DNA of 64,000 nt from Flavobacteriales bacterium. Its GTDB lineage: Bacteria > Bacteroidota > Bacteroidia > CAIKAF01. How positions within the stretch are numbered: the stretch's first letter is position 1; each line of letters opens with the position of its first letter. Positions 1-10,600 of the stretch are shown here, piece after piece. The notes under the pieces are model-generated. The model had not been told where the DNA came from. It saw only the letters and a program-made list of their open reading frames with translations, and ran no database searches. The position numbers were made by a program, and so were the translations under genes. Location: positions 54,779-118,778 of the forward strand of contig JAKRSD010000022.1 of the NCBI GenBank assembly GCA_022402535.1, read 5' to 3'.

Positions 1-1
1 A

Positions 2-166
2 CTGACCGTGGAACCGGGTTTTGTGGCATTGATTGTAGCCAAAAACATGGACAGTCAGCCGGCTCAGGTAACTGCCCGCATTAAAGTGGACGGAGAAATT
101 GTGAAAGAAAATACCAGTCATTGCCCCATCAACGGAACCGTATTGGTTACCGATACCATTCAGTAA
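2..166 (+). CDS. 3' end of a hypothetical protein (partial, runs off the left edge)
   Basis: Open frame from nt 2 to TAA at 164-166: LTVEPGFVALIVAKNMDSQPAQVTARIKVDGEIVKENTSHCPINGTVLVTDTIQ*. Confidence 0.6.
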   Translation: MTVEPGFVALIVAKNMDSQPAQVTARIKVDGEIVKENTSHCPINGTVLVTDTIQ

Positions 167-206
167 AGACGGGTTAACCCACCTGATATTTTCCACATGG
201 GATGTT

Positions 207-214
207 TATCTTCG
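207..214 (+). promoter_or_regulatory. Bacteroidota sigmaA -7 element variant (TATCTTCG)
   Basis: TAnnTTYG 22 nt upstream of the GTG start at 237. Confidence 0.45.
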
Positions 215-236
215 CGGTGATTTAATGCCCGTCTGA

Positions 237-1721
237 GTGAATATATCCATTGAAAATATCCTGCTCGTTGGTTCAATCTTGTTGTTGCTAAGCATTTTTG
301 CCGGGAAAACGTCTTATCGGTTTGGGGTTCCCACTTTATTACTCTTTCTTACTGTGGGTATGATTGCCGGCTCGGATGGATTGGGCGGAATACATTTTGA
401 TAATCCACAGATTGCCCAATTTTTGGGCATTGTTTCGTTAAATTTTATTCTTTTTTCCGGTGGATTGGATACCAACTGGAATTCCATAAAACCCATTTGG
501 AAGGAAGGCGTTGTGCTTTCCACATTGGGTGTTTTGCTCACGGCGGTTACGTTGGGTCTTTTTATTTATTGGGTGACCGATTTTTTTACGCTTTACGAAA
601 GTCTGTTGCTCGGTTCTATTGTTTCTTCTACCGATGCGGCCGCCGTATTCTCCATCCTGCGGTCTAAAAGTATGGCGTTAAAAACCAACCTCAGGCCCAC
701 GCTTGAGCTCGAAAGCGGCAGTAACGACCCCATGGCGTATGTGCTCACCATTGCCTTTCTTTCGTTGGTGATGAATCCCGAAAAATCGGTGATGTCAATT
801 ATTCCCCTGTTTTTGATTCAAATGCTCGTGGGCGCCGCCATGGGATATGGGTTTGGAACGGTTAGTAAACTCATCATCAACCGCATTAAACTGGATTTTG
901 AAGGGCTTTATCCGGTATTGGTGATTGCACTTATGTTCTTAACGTTTTCAGCTACCGATTTTATTGGGGGCAACGGATTTTTGGCAATTTACATCTGTTC
1001 GGTATATCTGGGAAACCAAAATCTCATTCATAAAAAAACCATCCTTAAGGTTTTTGACGGTTTGGCCTGGCTGATGCAGATTGTTCTGTTCCTTACCTTA
1101 GGATTGCTGGTGTTTCCTTCTAAAATAGTTCCGGTAATCGGCATCGGATTGTTGATTTCATTATTCCTGATTTTTGTAGCCCGTCCGCTCAGTGTGTTCA
1201 TCAGTCTGATTCCTTTTAAAATGAAGCTCAGGCGACGTTTCTACATTTCCTGGGTGGGGCTCAGGGGAGCGGTTCCCATCGTGTTTGCTACCTATCCGCT
1301 TATTGCCGGAGTCGAAAAAGCGGATATGATTTTTAACATCGTGTTTTTTATTTCCGTGAGTTCCTTGCTTTTGCAGGGAACCACGCTCTCCCTTGTGGCC
1401 AAATGGTTGCATGTGGCCTTACCCGAAAAGGTAAAACCTGCCTCCGAAACCGATAAATTAATTGCTGAATTGCCCAAAAGTGTGTTTAGGGAAATCGCTA
1501 TTGTTTCCGGTTGTACTGCTGCAAATAAAAAAATTGTGGAGCTGGCTTTTCCCAAATCGGCCTTGATCGCCATGATTATCCGTGAGGGTAAATACTTCAC
1601 GCCCGATGGGTCCACCAAACTGCTCGAAGGCGACAGGCTGATGGTTATTTCCGAAAATGAAGAGGCGTTGAATAAGGTGGCGGATTGCCTTAACATAAAA
1701 TTACAACCTGAAATCAAATAA
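237..1721 (+). CDS. K+/H+ antiporter, CPA1 family (CvrA/NhaP2-like) with C-terminal TrkA-C (RCK_C) domain
   Basis: About 12 TM segments; motifs SSTDAAAVFSILRS, LELESGSNDPMA, WVGLRGAVPIVFA; C-terminal LIAMIIREGKYFTPDGSTKLLEGDRL. Confidence 0.92.
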   Translation: MNISIENILLVGSILLLLSIFAGKTSYRFGVPTLLLFLTVGMIAGSDGLGGIHFDNPQIAQFLGIVSLNFILFSGGLDTNWNSIKPIWKEGVVLSTLGVLLTAVTLGLFIYWVTDFFTLYESLLLGSIVSSTDAAAVFSILRSKSMALKTNLRPTLELESGSNDPMAYVLTIAFLSLVMNPEKSVMSIIPLFLIQMLVGAAMGYGFGTVSKLIINRIKLDFEGLYPVLVIALMFLTFSATDFIGGNGFLAIYICSVYLGNQNLIHKKTILKVFDGLAWLMQIVLFLTLGLLVFPSKIVPVIGIGLLISLFLIFVARPLSVFISLIPFKMKLRRRFYISWVGLRGAVPIVFATYPLIAGVEKADMIFNIVFFISVSSLLLQGTTLSLVAKWLHVALPEKVKPASETDKLIAELPKSVFREIAIVSGCTAANKKIVELAFPKSALIAMIIREGKYFTPDGSTKLLEGDRLMVISENEEALNKVADCLNIKLQPEIK

Positions 1722-1749
1722 TGAGCGGCTATCACACTACCTTTGCCGT

Positions 1750-2127
1750 GTGAAAAATAAAATCTACTTCGTGTTATTTGCCCTTTGGGCCGTTTTTTAC
1801 GGCTTGATTTCGGGCAACAGCGTGGTAGTTTCCCAGTTCACGGAAACCAAACAGCATTATGTAGATTCTCCTTCTAACGAGTCGGTATTGCAGGCTGCGG
1901 CTTCGCTCTCCTTTTTGCACATACCGCCTTCCGGTATTTCCCTTGTTCAGCCCAACCCGATTCAGGTAAGCCCATTTCAACATGCATTTTCGGGCTTCGG
2001 AAATCCGAATTACGAAAAGGGAACTCTTTTTACCTCGGAATTGAAGCGTTATCTGGCTTCTGTATTCAATCCCTTCCGGGTAATTAAGATGGTGGAATGG
2101 TTGTCTCCCTTCCATTTTTTTCCATAG
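1750..2127 (+). CDS. Hypothetical protein with N-terminal hydrophobic segment, ending SPFHFFP
   Basis: GTG start 4 nt after TACCTTTG (1738-1745); signal-like N-terminus MKNKIYFVLFALWAVFYGLISG. Confidence 0.6.
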   Translation: MKNKIYFVLFALWAVFYGLISGNSVVVSQFTETKQHYVDSPSNESVLQAAASLSFLHIPPSGISLVQPNPIQVSPFQHAFSGFGNPNYEKGTLFTSELKRYLASVFNPFRVIKMVEWLSPFHFFP

Positions 2128-2227
2128 CCGTTTCATTTTCTATCGCCCTTGTTAGTTGGGTGTTTCTTTATGCAGAAAGCATAAAGCAGAATTAGCGTTT
2201 TGGAAAAAATTAAAAATCAATTTAATC

Positions 2228-2716
2228 ATGGATTTAACAAGTGCCATCGTAGGCGCAATATTTATATTGGCGTGCAGTCTGCCGTTTATACTGATGTATA
2301 ACAAAAGAAAAAAGAAAGAAAAAGCCTTACTGCAGGGCATGAAAAGTAAAATATCGTCTCAGGGCGGAGAGTATGCGCAGCATGAATTCAGCGGCGATTT
2401 GATTTTTGGGTTAAATGACCGGGAAACCTTCTTTTATTATGGAAAAGTAACCCGCCGGGGGCTCGAAGACGCTTTGGTGGAACTGGCTCAGTTTTCTTCG
2501 TGTAAAATTGTGAAAGAGCAGGCTGCGTCAGTTAGCAGCGGATCTTCATTGAGTACATTGGAAAAGCTGGAATTGGTATTCGTCCCCAAACAAAAAAATC
2601 AGCAGGAAATGAAACTGCTGTTGTTTGATGCGGAAGATGCTGTCCAGCATAACGGTGAATTGCTTTTTGCCGAAAAATGGGAAAAGCAATTGAACAGACT
2701 CCTTCGTTCCGCCTGA
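2228..2716 (+). CDS. Hypothetical single-pass membrane protein
   Basis: ATG at 2228 gives an N-terminal TM (MDLTSAIVGAIFILACSLPFILM) followed by a basic stretch; a terminator follows. Confidence 0.7.
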   Translation: MDLTSAIVGAIFILACSLPFILMYNKRKKKEKALLQGMKSKISSQGGEYAQHEFSGDLIFGLNDRETFFYYGKVTRRGLEDALVELAQFSSCKIVKEQAASVSSGSSLSTLEKLELVFVPKQKNQQEMKLLLFDAEDAVQHNGELLFAEKWEKQLNRLLRSA

Positions 2717-2724
2717 TAAACCCC

Positions 2725-2762
2725 ACAAGCCCTGTGATTTATTCATGGGGCTTGTTTTTTTT
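2725..2762 (+). terminator. Rho-independent terminator
   Basis: ACAAGCCCTGTGA-tttat-TCATGGGGCTTGT stem (2 G-U pairs) followed by a T7 tract. Confidence 0.8.
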
Positions 2763-2853
2763 AATTCCAAAGGCGTTGAATTTGTCAGCCCGGGAAATGC
2801 GCACGCCTTCTGATTAATTTATGTACCTTCGCCGTCCTAAAAAAATAGCACTC

Positions 2854-3576
2854 ATGGGACGCGCATTTGAATTTCGCAAGGAAAGAAAATTTAAACGTTG
2901 GGCCAAAATGGCCAAAGTGTTTACCCGTATCGGTAAGGAAATCGCCATATCTGTAAAAGAAAGCGGTCCCAATCCCGAAACCAATCCCCGCCTGCGTATG
3001 GCCATGCAGAACGCGAAGGCGGCCAATATGCCCAAAGATAATGTGGAAAGAGCCATCAAAAAGGCTTCGGGGAAAGATCAGGAAGATTACAAAGAAATGG
3101 TGTACGAAGGCTACGCGCCACATGGTATTGCCATTGTGATAGAAACCCTCACCGATAATCCTACCCGTACGGTGGCTAATATCCGCAGCTATTTCAATAA
3201 ATGTGGCGGAAACCTGGGAACTACCGGTTCTCTGGAATTTTTGTTTGACCGAAAAAGCGTTTTCAAAATAGCCGATAAGGCAAACGATTTGGAAGAACTC
3301 GAACTGGAACTGATTGATTACGGCGTGGATGAACTTTTCCGTGAGGAAGAAGAAGACGGAACCACCACGATCATGCTTTACGGCGGATTTACCGATTTTA
3401 ACCGCATCCGCGAATATCTTGAAGCTAATCACTTTGAAATCAAGGAAAGCGGTTTTGAACGTATTCCGCACGAAAACAAAGAACTTACGGCCGACCAAAA
3501 AGCCGAAGTGGAAAAACTCATTGATAAAATTGAGGAAGACGACGATGTATCGCACGTGTTCACCAATATGGCATAA
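2854..3576 (+). CDS. yebC: YebC/PmpR family protein
   Basis: MGRAFEFRKERKFKRWAKMAKVFTRIGKEI, NPRLR, NMPKDNVERAIK, YEGYAPHG, TDNPTRT; ATG at 2854 preferred over 2821, which overlaps the TACCTTCG promoter-like element. Confidence 0.95.
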   Translation: MGRAFEFRKERKFKRWAKMAKVFTRIGKEIAISVKESGPNPETNPRLRMAMQNAKAANMPKDNVERAIKKASGKDQEDYKEMVYEGYAPHGIAIVIETLTDNPTRTVANIRSYFNKCGGNLGTTGSLEFLFDRKSVFKIADKANDLEELELELIDYGVDELFREEEEDGTTTIMLYGGFTDFNRIREYLEANHFEIKESGFERIPHENKELTADQKAEVEKLIDKIEEDDDVSHVFTNMA

Positions 3577-3592
3577 CTAAAAAACACGGCAA

Positions 3593-4585
3593 TTGGCATC
3601 AAACTTTGTAGATTATGTGAAAATAATGTTCCGTTCCGGAAAGGGTGGGGCAGGTTCGGTTTCGTTCCGTCGCGAAAAGTCGGTTCCTAAAGGCGGACCC
3701 GATGGAGGAGACGGAGGCCGTGGCGGTCACATTATTCTGAAAGGAAATGCCCAGTTGTGGACGCTGCTTCACCTCAAATACCGCAAACATATTTACGCCG
3801 GCACCGGCGAAGGCGGAATGGGTGCCCGTTGCCACGGAAAAGATGGCGAAGATGTGATTGTGGAAGTGCCTCTGGGTACGGTAGCCCGCGACCCGGAAAC
3901 CGGTGAAACGCTTTTTGAAATCACGCAGGACGGAGAAGAAAAAATCCTTATGCGGGGTGGAAGAGGCGGACTCGGAAACGACCATTTTAAAACCGCCACT
4001 CTGCAAGCCCCCCGATTTGCCCAACCCGGCGAAGAAGGCGTGGAAGGCTGGCGGATTCTGGAACTGAAAGTGCTGGCCGATGTGGGCTTGGTGGGTTTTC
4101 CCAATGCCGGAAAATCAACGTTGCTTTCAGTGATTTCGGCCGCCAAACCGGAAATCGGGGATTATCCTTTTACCACGTTAGTACCCCAATTGGGTATTGT
4201 GCCCTATCACGACCACAAATCGTTTATCATGGCCGATATCCCAGGAATTATAGAGGGCGCTTCTGAAGGAAAAGGTTTGGGTTTACGCTTTTTGCGGCAT
4301 ATTGAACGCAATTCCCTGTTGCTGTTTCTGATTCCGGCCGATGCGGATGATTACCGCAAACAATACGATATTTTGTGCAATGAGCTGGCCCGATTCAATC
4401 CCGATTTGGTAAATAAAGATCGTCTGGTTGCGGTTTCTAAATGCGACCTGCTCGACGAAGAACTGAAAACAGCCCTCAGAAACGAATACCCCGAACTGAA
4501 TTTTCTGTTCTTTTCTTCCCAAACCGGCGAAGGCATTCCACAGCTGAAAGACGCAATCTGGAAAAAACTCACGAAAAATAAATAA
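3593..4585 (+). CDS. obgE: GTPase ObgE/CgtA
   Basis: NFVDYVKI, Gly-rich Obg domain ([12 protein letters not shown]), G1 [10 protein letters not shown]2 YPFTT, G3 DIPG; TTG start. Confidence 0.97.
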   Translation: MASNFVDYVKIMFRSGKGGAGSVSFRREKSVPKGGPDGGDGGRGGHIILKGNAQLWTLLHLKYRKHIYAGTGEGGMGARCHGKDGEDVIVEVPLGTVARDPETGETLFEITQDGEEKILMRGGRGGLGNDHFKTATLQAPRFAQPGEEGVEGWRILELKVLADVGLVGFPNAGKSTLLSVISAAKPEIGDYPFTTLVPQLGIVPYHDHKSFIMADIPGIIEGASEGKGLGLRFLRHIERNSLLLFLIPADADDYRKQYDILCNELARFNPDLVNKDRLVAVSKCDLLDEELKTALRNEYPELNFLFFSSQTGEGIPQLKDAIWKKLTKNK

Positions 4586-4621
4586 TGCCTGCGGGCTTTA
4601 TTTTCTTACTTTGGATATGAA

Positions 4622-5221
4622 ATGGCTCTTCCTGTGGAATTCATAGAAACACTCAATACCTGGGACCGATCACTCTTTTTGTGGATGAATTCGTTTCATA
4701 CTCCGGCTTCCGATGCCTTTTGGTTGTTTATGACCGGCAAATGGGCCTGGGTACTGTTGTTTGCACCGGTTCTGTATTACGTGTTTAAAGCGTACAAACT
4801 CAAAGGTTTTTATACGGTGATTGCCGTATTGTTTGTATTTCTGATTGCCGATCAGGGATCTAATCTGGCTAAAATGTATGTGGAAAGACCTCGCCCCTGC
4901 CGCGAAACCGACCTTGCCGCGTTGATGCATTACATTGCCCCGGGCTGTTCGGCCTATGGGTTTTGGAGCGGACATTCGGCCAATGCGTTTGCGCAGATTA
5001 CCTTTTTTATGCTCTTGGGCGTGGTGCCTGCGGGCAATGCAAGAAAAATCATGTACCCCTATTGGGTGTTATGGGCTGCTTTGGTGGCTATCAGCCGTGT
5101 AATGGTTGGCGTGCATTATCCCGGCGATATTCTGGTGGGGATGCTGTATGGCGTGTTCAGTGGAGCCTTGGTATATGCAGTATTCCACCGGGTCAGAAAA
5201 CGGTTTAAAGCCTTATCCTGA
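4622..5221 (+). CDS. PAP2 family phosphatase (membrane)
   Basis: C1 KxxxxRPRP, C2 WSGHS, C3 SRVMVGVHYPGD. Confidence 0.9.
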   Translation: MALPVEFIETLNTWDRSLFLWMNSFHTPASDAFWLFMTGKWAWVLLFAPVLYYVFKAYKLKGFYTVIAVLFVFLIADQGSNLAKMYVERPRPCRETDLAALMHYIAPGCSAYGFWSGHSANAFAQITFFMLLGVVPAGNARKIMYPYWVLWAALVAISRVMVGVHYPGDILVGMLYGVFSGALVYAVFHRVRKRFKALS

Positions 5222-5775
5222 TGAACCCCGGTTCCCGGTATATTCCGATGTTTATTAAACCCGACGGTTTTTTACAGGAAGCTGTGGTGGAATGGCTGAC
5301 ATTGGTTGTCGGTTTAGATGAAAATGCCATACGTGCCACCCGATTCCGTAGGGTGAATTCCTTGCCTTATGATGCGCGTACGATATACAAAACCGTTTCG
5401 TATTTCAACCCCGAACTTCCCGGCAGTCCCACACGGAATTATTCTTTTTCCAACTGGTTGAATCTGATTGCCCATGAGCTGTTTCACCGCCACGAAATTG
5501 GCAACAACCTGTTTTCGGCCCTGCGGTTTGGCATCAGTTACGGATGGCATTGGGTAAAAAACCGGGTAACCGGAAAAGACCCCTATTTTGACAACGTGCA
5601 TGAAATCCGGGCCTTTCGTGTAGGCTGTAATCATGATTCTTTGGTAAATCAGTTTTTGAAATATTTTCCCGACACGGAACACTGGTTTTTATTGGAAAAA
5701 GAAGAGCGGCACAAGAAATTTATACAAGCCGCTGCGGTTTTTAAACATGAGGGTTTAAGCCCATTTTATCATTAA
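5221..5775 (+). CDS. Hypothetical HExxH zinc-metallopeptidase-like protein (DUF4157-like)
   Basis: LIAHELFH plus downstream HEIRA; TGATG stop/start overlap with the PAP2 gene. Confidence 0.6.
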   Translation: MNPGSRYIPMFIKPDGFLQEAVVEWLTLVVGLDENAIRATRFRRVNSLPYDARTIYKTVSYFNPELPGSPTRNYSFSNWLNLIAHELFHRHEIGNNLFSALRFGISYGWHWVKNRVTGKDPYFDNVHEIRAFRVGCNHDSLVNQFLKYFPDTEHWFLLEKEERHKKFIQAAAVFKHEGLSPFYH

Positions 5776-5959
5776 TTCATCCCAAAGGACTAACATGATT
5801 ATGAAAATGCTTACCTCCTTAGTTTCTTTATATTCAAGCCTAATAAGAAACATGAAAATAAGAAAAACCGCCAGTCAAATAGACAGGTTTTGTGTTTTGT
5901 AGTGAAGTCAAAATCTATCCGCGAGGAAAAAGCCCCACCTTTTTTAGATCAACAGGAGT

Positions 5960-7627
5960 TTAGAAACTCAATGTTATACCTCCCATACCGTTGAAACCCT
6001 GCATGGGGTAGCGGAACCAGCGGTTGTAGCGGAATGCCGCAAAATTGTTGAATCCCGCCCAAAACGAAAGCATTTTATTGAAACGGTATTCAGCATGCAG
6101 ATTCAGATCAAACGCATTGCGGATCAGGGTTACACCCGCCACCGGTTTTCTGAGGGTCTCGTCGTAGCGGAAAGGGGAGTAGTGTTCGCCCAGGTAATAG
6201 AAATCGGCCTTAAAGAGAAATTTATCCTGTATGTTGTACGATGCCGAAAGGGTTAAGTCAATTTTGGGCATGTGCCAGGCACGGGCAAACGTCTGAGGTT
6301 TATAAAACCAGTAATTTCCTTTCAGTGCCACATGCAGTTTTTCGCCCATGGCATAGCCGATTTCTCCCGAAACAAACGGGGTATTCATATCATCATACAC
6401 GGTTTTGAAAAAATTGCCCACCGGCTGCAGGGTATCGGTTATAAAAAACACCTGATTTTTGGTCATACGGTATCCGCCGCCCAGAGTATAATACACGTTT
6501 TTGGCAAAATAGCCTTTGAAACCTCCTCGGGCATCAATGGGCGTGTAAGTCTGGCCCAGCATGGGATTCGAAATAATAAACGGATTCACGAGGCGCAGAC
6601 GGTCAAAGGTATTGCGTTCTACTCCGCCTTTGGCCTGTATATATGCCATCACATGGTTTTTATAGAGATTTGCCTGTCCTTCCACCACAGGCATGATGTA
6701 TCCTTTGGCAATGGTATCGAAGGCTCCGGCAACTTCAAAGCCTACTTCCACATTCCATTTTTCGCGTCCGGCTTTGATGTACGGGTTGAATTTAATGAAA
6801 CCCATGCCACGCCCCGAAGTGGCCGTGCCCGGTTTGAAATTGTAATATTCCACCCCGATTCTTCCGCCCACAAAAAAGTCTTTTACATGTTTAGAAACAT
6901 CGGTTCCGGCCCAAAAGGCATGTTCTCTGGATTTTTGCCTATCCTGTAGAAAATAATATCCCATCCGGGTCTGGCTGATCCATTCGGTTTTGCTGGTAAG
7001 ATCGTGGTTGGCAAAAGTCAGTTCTAATCCGGCTTTGTGAAAATGCTGGCGGATGGATTTTTTATCAGGGAACAGGGTGTCGGTCAGCGAATCGGGACGG
7101 AAACCATAGTAATGATTCTGGTCGTAAGTGTATCCACCTTTGAGGCTGAGCGCATGTTTGTTGAACAGGTGCTTGTAGTTTCCATCGGCTTTGTGCTGCT
7201 GCATGCCCGGAAAACCCACGTCTTTCTGTTTTCCAAAGGAAGCAAAGTAGGAATAGCCCACATCATACGCATCGTTTTTGGAACGCAGCGAATTTACCCG
7301 CACCTGAGCCAGCGGAGTCAGGTAATTTCCGAAGCCGAGTTTCATGTAGAGCCGGCGTAGTTTTTTTAGCGGTTCCGATTTCATACGGGCGGCCGAAATG
7401 GTATCGGGATTATGATAAAAGGCAATCTCCCGGGGATTCACATTTATTACAGGATTGGCCCGGGTCTGAAACGTGTCTTTTTCCTCGGGATTTCTCAGCA
7501 GTTTTTCCGAAGGTTTTATTTCCGGAACAAATCCTCCCGTTACAATTACATCGCCGCCTACGCCTTGTGCAAAAGCAGATGCGGAAAAGAAAAGGGCGGC
7601 TATGATATAGGCTGTTTTTTTCATCAT
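5960..7627 (-). CDS. Outer-membrane beta-barrel protein (family usually annotated 'TonB-dependent receptor')
   Basis: Signal peptide (..FSASAFA-Q), alternating amphipathic strands, C-terminal GGITLSF BAM signal; ATG at 7627/7624. Confidence 0.75.
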   Translation of the reverse strand: MMKKTAYIIAALFFSASAFAQGVGGDVIVTGGFVPEIKPSEKLLRNPEEKDTFQTRANPVINVNPREIAFYHNPDTISAARMKSEPLKKLRRLYMKLGFGNYLTPLAQVRVNSLRSKNDAYDVGYSYFASFGKQKDVGFPGMQQHKADGNYKHLFNKHALSLKGGYTYDQNHYYGFRPDSLTDTLFPDKKSIRQHFHKAGLELTFANHDLTSKTEWISQTRMGYYFLQDRQKSREHAFWAGTDVSKHVKDFFVGGRIGVEYYNFKPGTATSGRGMGFIKFNPYIKAGREKWNVEVGFEVAGAFDTIAKGYIMPVVEGQANLYKNHVMAYIQAKGGVERNTFDRLRLVNPFIISNPMLGQTYTPIDARGGFKGYFAKNVYYTLGGGYRMTKNQVFFITDTLQPVGNFFKTVYDDMNTPFVSGEIGYAMGEKLHVALKGNYWFYKPQTFARAWHMPKIDLTLSASYNIQDKFLFKADFYYLGEHYSPFRYDETLRKPVAGVTLIRNAFDLNLHAEYRFNKMLSFWAGFNNFAAFRYNRWFRYPMQGFNGMGGITLSF

Positions 7628-7667
7628 GTTCTTTTTACTGTGGTTGTACATCCTTTGTCAGTTTAGA

Positions 7668-10600
7668 TTAATTACCACCGGGTGAATCAAATTCAAAATC
7701 ATTGAAATCGGGTTTGGTATTCCGCCGGCGTTGTTCGGCTTCGGCTTCTTCCAGTTTTTGGCGGGCCAGATTCACGGTTTCGGGCACATCATGATTGTCA
7801 ATTACACTTTGAAGGGTAGCAATGGCCTGGTCTATATTATCGAGTTTCATGTATACATCGCTGAGCAGGATAAAGTTTTTGGCCAGCCAGTCGTAATACG
7901 AAACCATATCGTTCACGGTAGCCAGAATGCGTTTTTCGCATTGGGTGTATTGCCCGCGTTCGAACATAATTTTACACTCGATATGGGTGGCTTCGGCAGA
8001 GGCTTCTGTCTTTTTGGAATCCGCGGCTTTCTTCAGCCAGGTCAGCGCATTTTCTGTTTCATTTTTATTCAGATAGGCCTTACCTAATAAGAGATAAATG
8101 CGCTCTTTTTCAATGCCGGTTACTTTTTCTTCTTTCAACAGCATGTCGGCATATTCAATGGTTTTGTCGTTGGCTTGGGTTTGAGCATAACTTTCAACCA
8201 ACCGCAGACGGATGAGCAGGATATTGTCTTTCAGTTCGGTTACTTTTTCAGCTTTTTCGTAGGCCTGAATAGCCTCGGCAAATTGACGTTTGGTGAAGTA
8301 AATGCCTCCTGAACGCAATAGGGCATTCTCAGTGAAGTTGTTGAGCGGCGCATTGGCTACGAATAGAAAATCTTCCAGCGACTCGTCCCATTGTTGTTTT
8401 TGGAAATTACATTCCCCACGGTAATAACGGGCATTAATCACAAAAGCCCCGTTGGGGTATTTTTGCAGGTATTTGGTGAAATCGGCTACGGCTTTGTCGC
8501 AATCGCCTTTGATAACCAGGTTTTCTGCCGAAGTATAGAAGGTAGAATCCAACGCCGATTCATTGAAATCTACGCCTTTGATGTTACGCAGAAAGTCCAC
8601 CAGATCGTCGGCTTTGCCGGCATCCACATAAATTACCCGTACATATTTGAGGGCATCGTTGGCTTCGGGTGTTCCCGGGTATTTTTCGAGCACCTGTTTG
8701 AAATAACTCAGCGCCTGTTCATCTTTTTCACGGTTGAAATAATCCAGACCGATTTTGAGCAGTGCTTTTTTGTGAAAACTGCTTCCCGAATATTGATTAA
8801 CCACCCGTTGCATAGTGGCAATTCCTTCCTCGTTTTTTCCATCCAGAAATAAGGTGTTCCCGATTTCAAAAAGGGCTTCGGCCATGTAAGGCGATTTGGG
8901 ATATTCTTTTTCTAACTGGCGCAGGGTGGACAGCTTCTGGTTGTTTTGTTTCAATACGCCCTGAATAATTCCTTTTTGCAGAAGCCCGTAATCGGCATCA
9001 AAACTGGAGGTTTCAATGGCTTTGTTATAGTAAGTAAGGGCCTGATTCCAATCTTTTTGAATGTAATAACAATCTCCTGCACGCAAACAGGCATCCGCTT
9101 TGCGTTTTCCGTCTTTTTCCTTTTTGGCGTTGTCGATATATTTTCTGAATTCCGTGGCCGCCTTTGGATAATTCTTTTGTTTAAATCGTACATATCCTAA
9201 GTTATAATAGGCTTCGTTGAGCAGGCCGCTTTCCAGGGCACCGGGTGTAACTAAAAACTCCTGATAGGCTTCAGCCGCTTCGGGCAATTGATTGCGGCGA
9301 TAAAAAATTTCGCCCTGCCAGAAAATACTTCCTGCCGAGAGCGCATTGTTCCATCCCGGTTTAGCCGATAGATTGTACATTTTTAAGGCCTCATCGTATT
9401 GACCGGCATTAAATAAATCCTGCGCATGAAAATAGGCTACACGGCGGTAGGCATCTTCCAGCCGGCGGTCGTTCTTTTTGATTTTATCAAGCACCTGTAA
9501 GGCATCTTTATAATTTCGGGTGGTCATAAACACTTCCGCCAGAAACCCGTACGCTTCTTTGGCTTTGGGCGAATTGGGGTAGGTATCCAGGTATTCTCTC
9601 AGCGCTTTGATGGCTTCGTTATACGGGTCAAAATCGATTTTGAATGATAATTTGGCAAAATTAAATAGGGCATCTTCGGCCAGGGCTTTGTCTACATCGG
9701 TTTTATAAGCCATTTTGAACGCATCCAGTGCATTACGCTCTTTATTGAGTTTCATATAACAATCGGCCAGTGTGTACCAGGAATTTTGCGCCAGGCTGTC
9801 GTTTACACCCGTGAGTGCGGCAAACCGATCAGCGGCTTCGGCATATTTTTTCGTGTTATAGTAGGCTCTTGCCAGTTTGTAATTGCCTTCACGGTCCAAA
9901 TTCTGTCCCGCAGTCAGAAAGCGGTTATAATTCAGTATGGAGGCATTGTAATCTTCTTTGATGTAATAGGATTCGGCCAGCAGTCGATACACGGGAACTA
10001 CCGATTTTCCTTTGGCGGTATCGGCAATGGTTTTTCCGTAGGAAATTACCTCATCGTATTTCTTTTGGAAATAATAAATCTGCACCACATAGTATGGAAT
10101 CAGGCCCGAAAAGGCTTTCTCTTTTTCAATTTTGCGGAAGTGGACCAGCGCTTCGTCATATTTTTTATTCAGATAATTGATATGCGCATAATAATAAGTG
10201 GCCGGCACAGCATACACATTTTTGGTGTCTTTAATTTCGCGGAAATTGGGCAGCGCTTCGTTGAATTTTCCGGTCATGAAGTAAGAGTACCCCAGTTTGT
10301 ATTTATACTCGTACCATTCTTCGCGGCTGAGTTGGTCAGGTTCAGTTTCTTTAAAGTATTGAATGGCTTCTTTGAATTTTTTCTGACGGAATTTTAATTT
10401 TCCTAATTGAAACCTTGCCGAAATAATTAGCGGACTTTCCGGGTAGGTACTCAAAAAGCGGAGCATGCGCGGTTCTGCATCTTCATGAAATAATTCCACG
10501 GCACACACGGCACTCAGGTAATCGGCATAGGCGCGTGTTCCGGGGGCTTTCTCGGCTTTCAGTTTTAAAAATTCTTCAAACTTGGGCTGTGCGGCCGCAT

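Noticed and set aside
2785-3555. 256-aa minus-strand ORF
   Set aside because: Antisense shadow of yebC, with no recognisable motifs. The same applies to 6272-6949, 9786-10397, 29725-30318 and other overlapping ORFs in the track.
5776-5959. 184-nt spacer between convergent genes as a possible sRNA or small ORF
   Set aside because: Only a 7-bp stem (GTTTCTT/AAGAAAC) and ~32-35-codon ORFs with no features; no support
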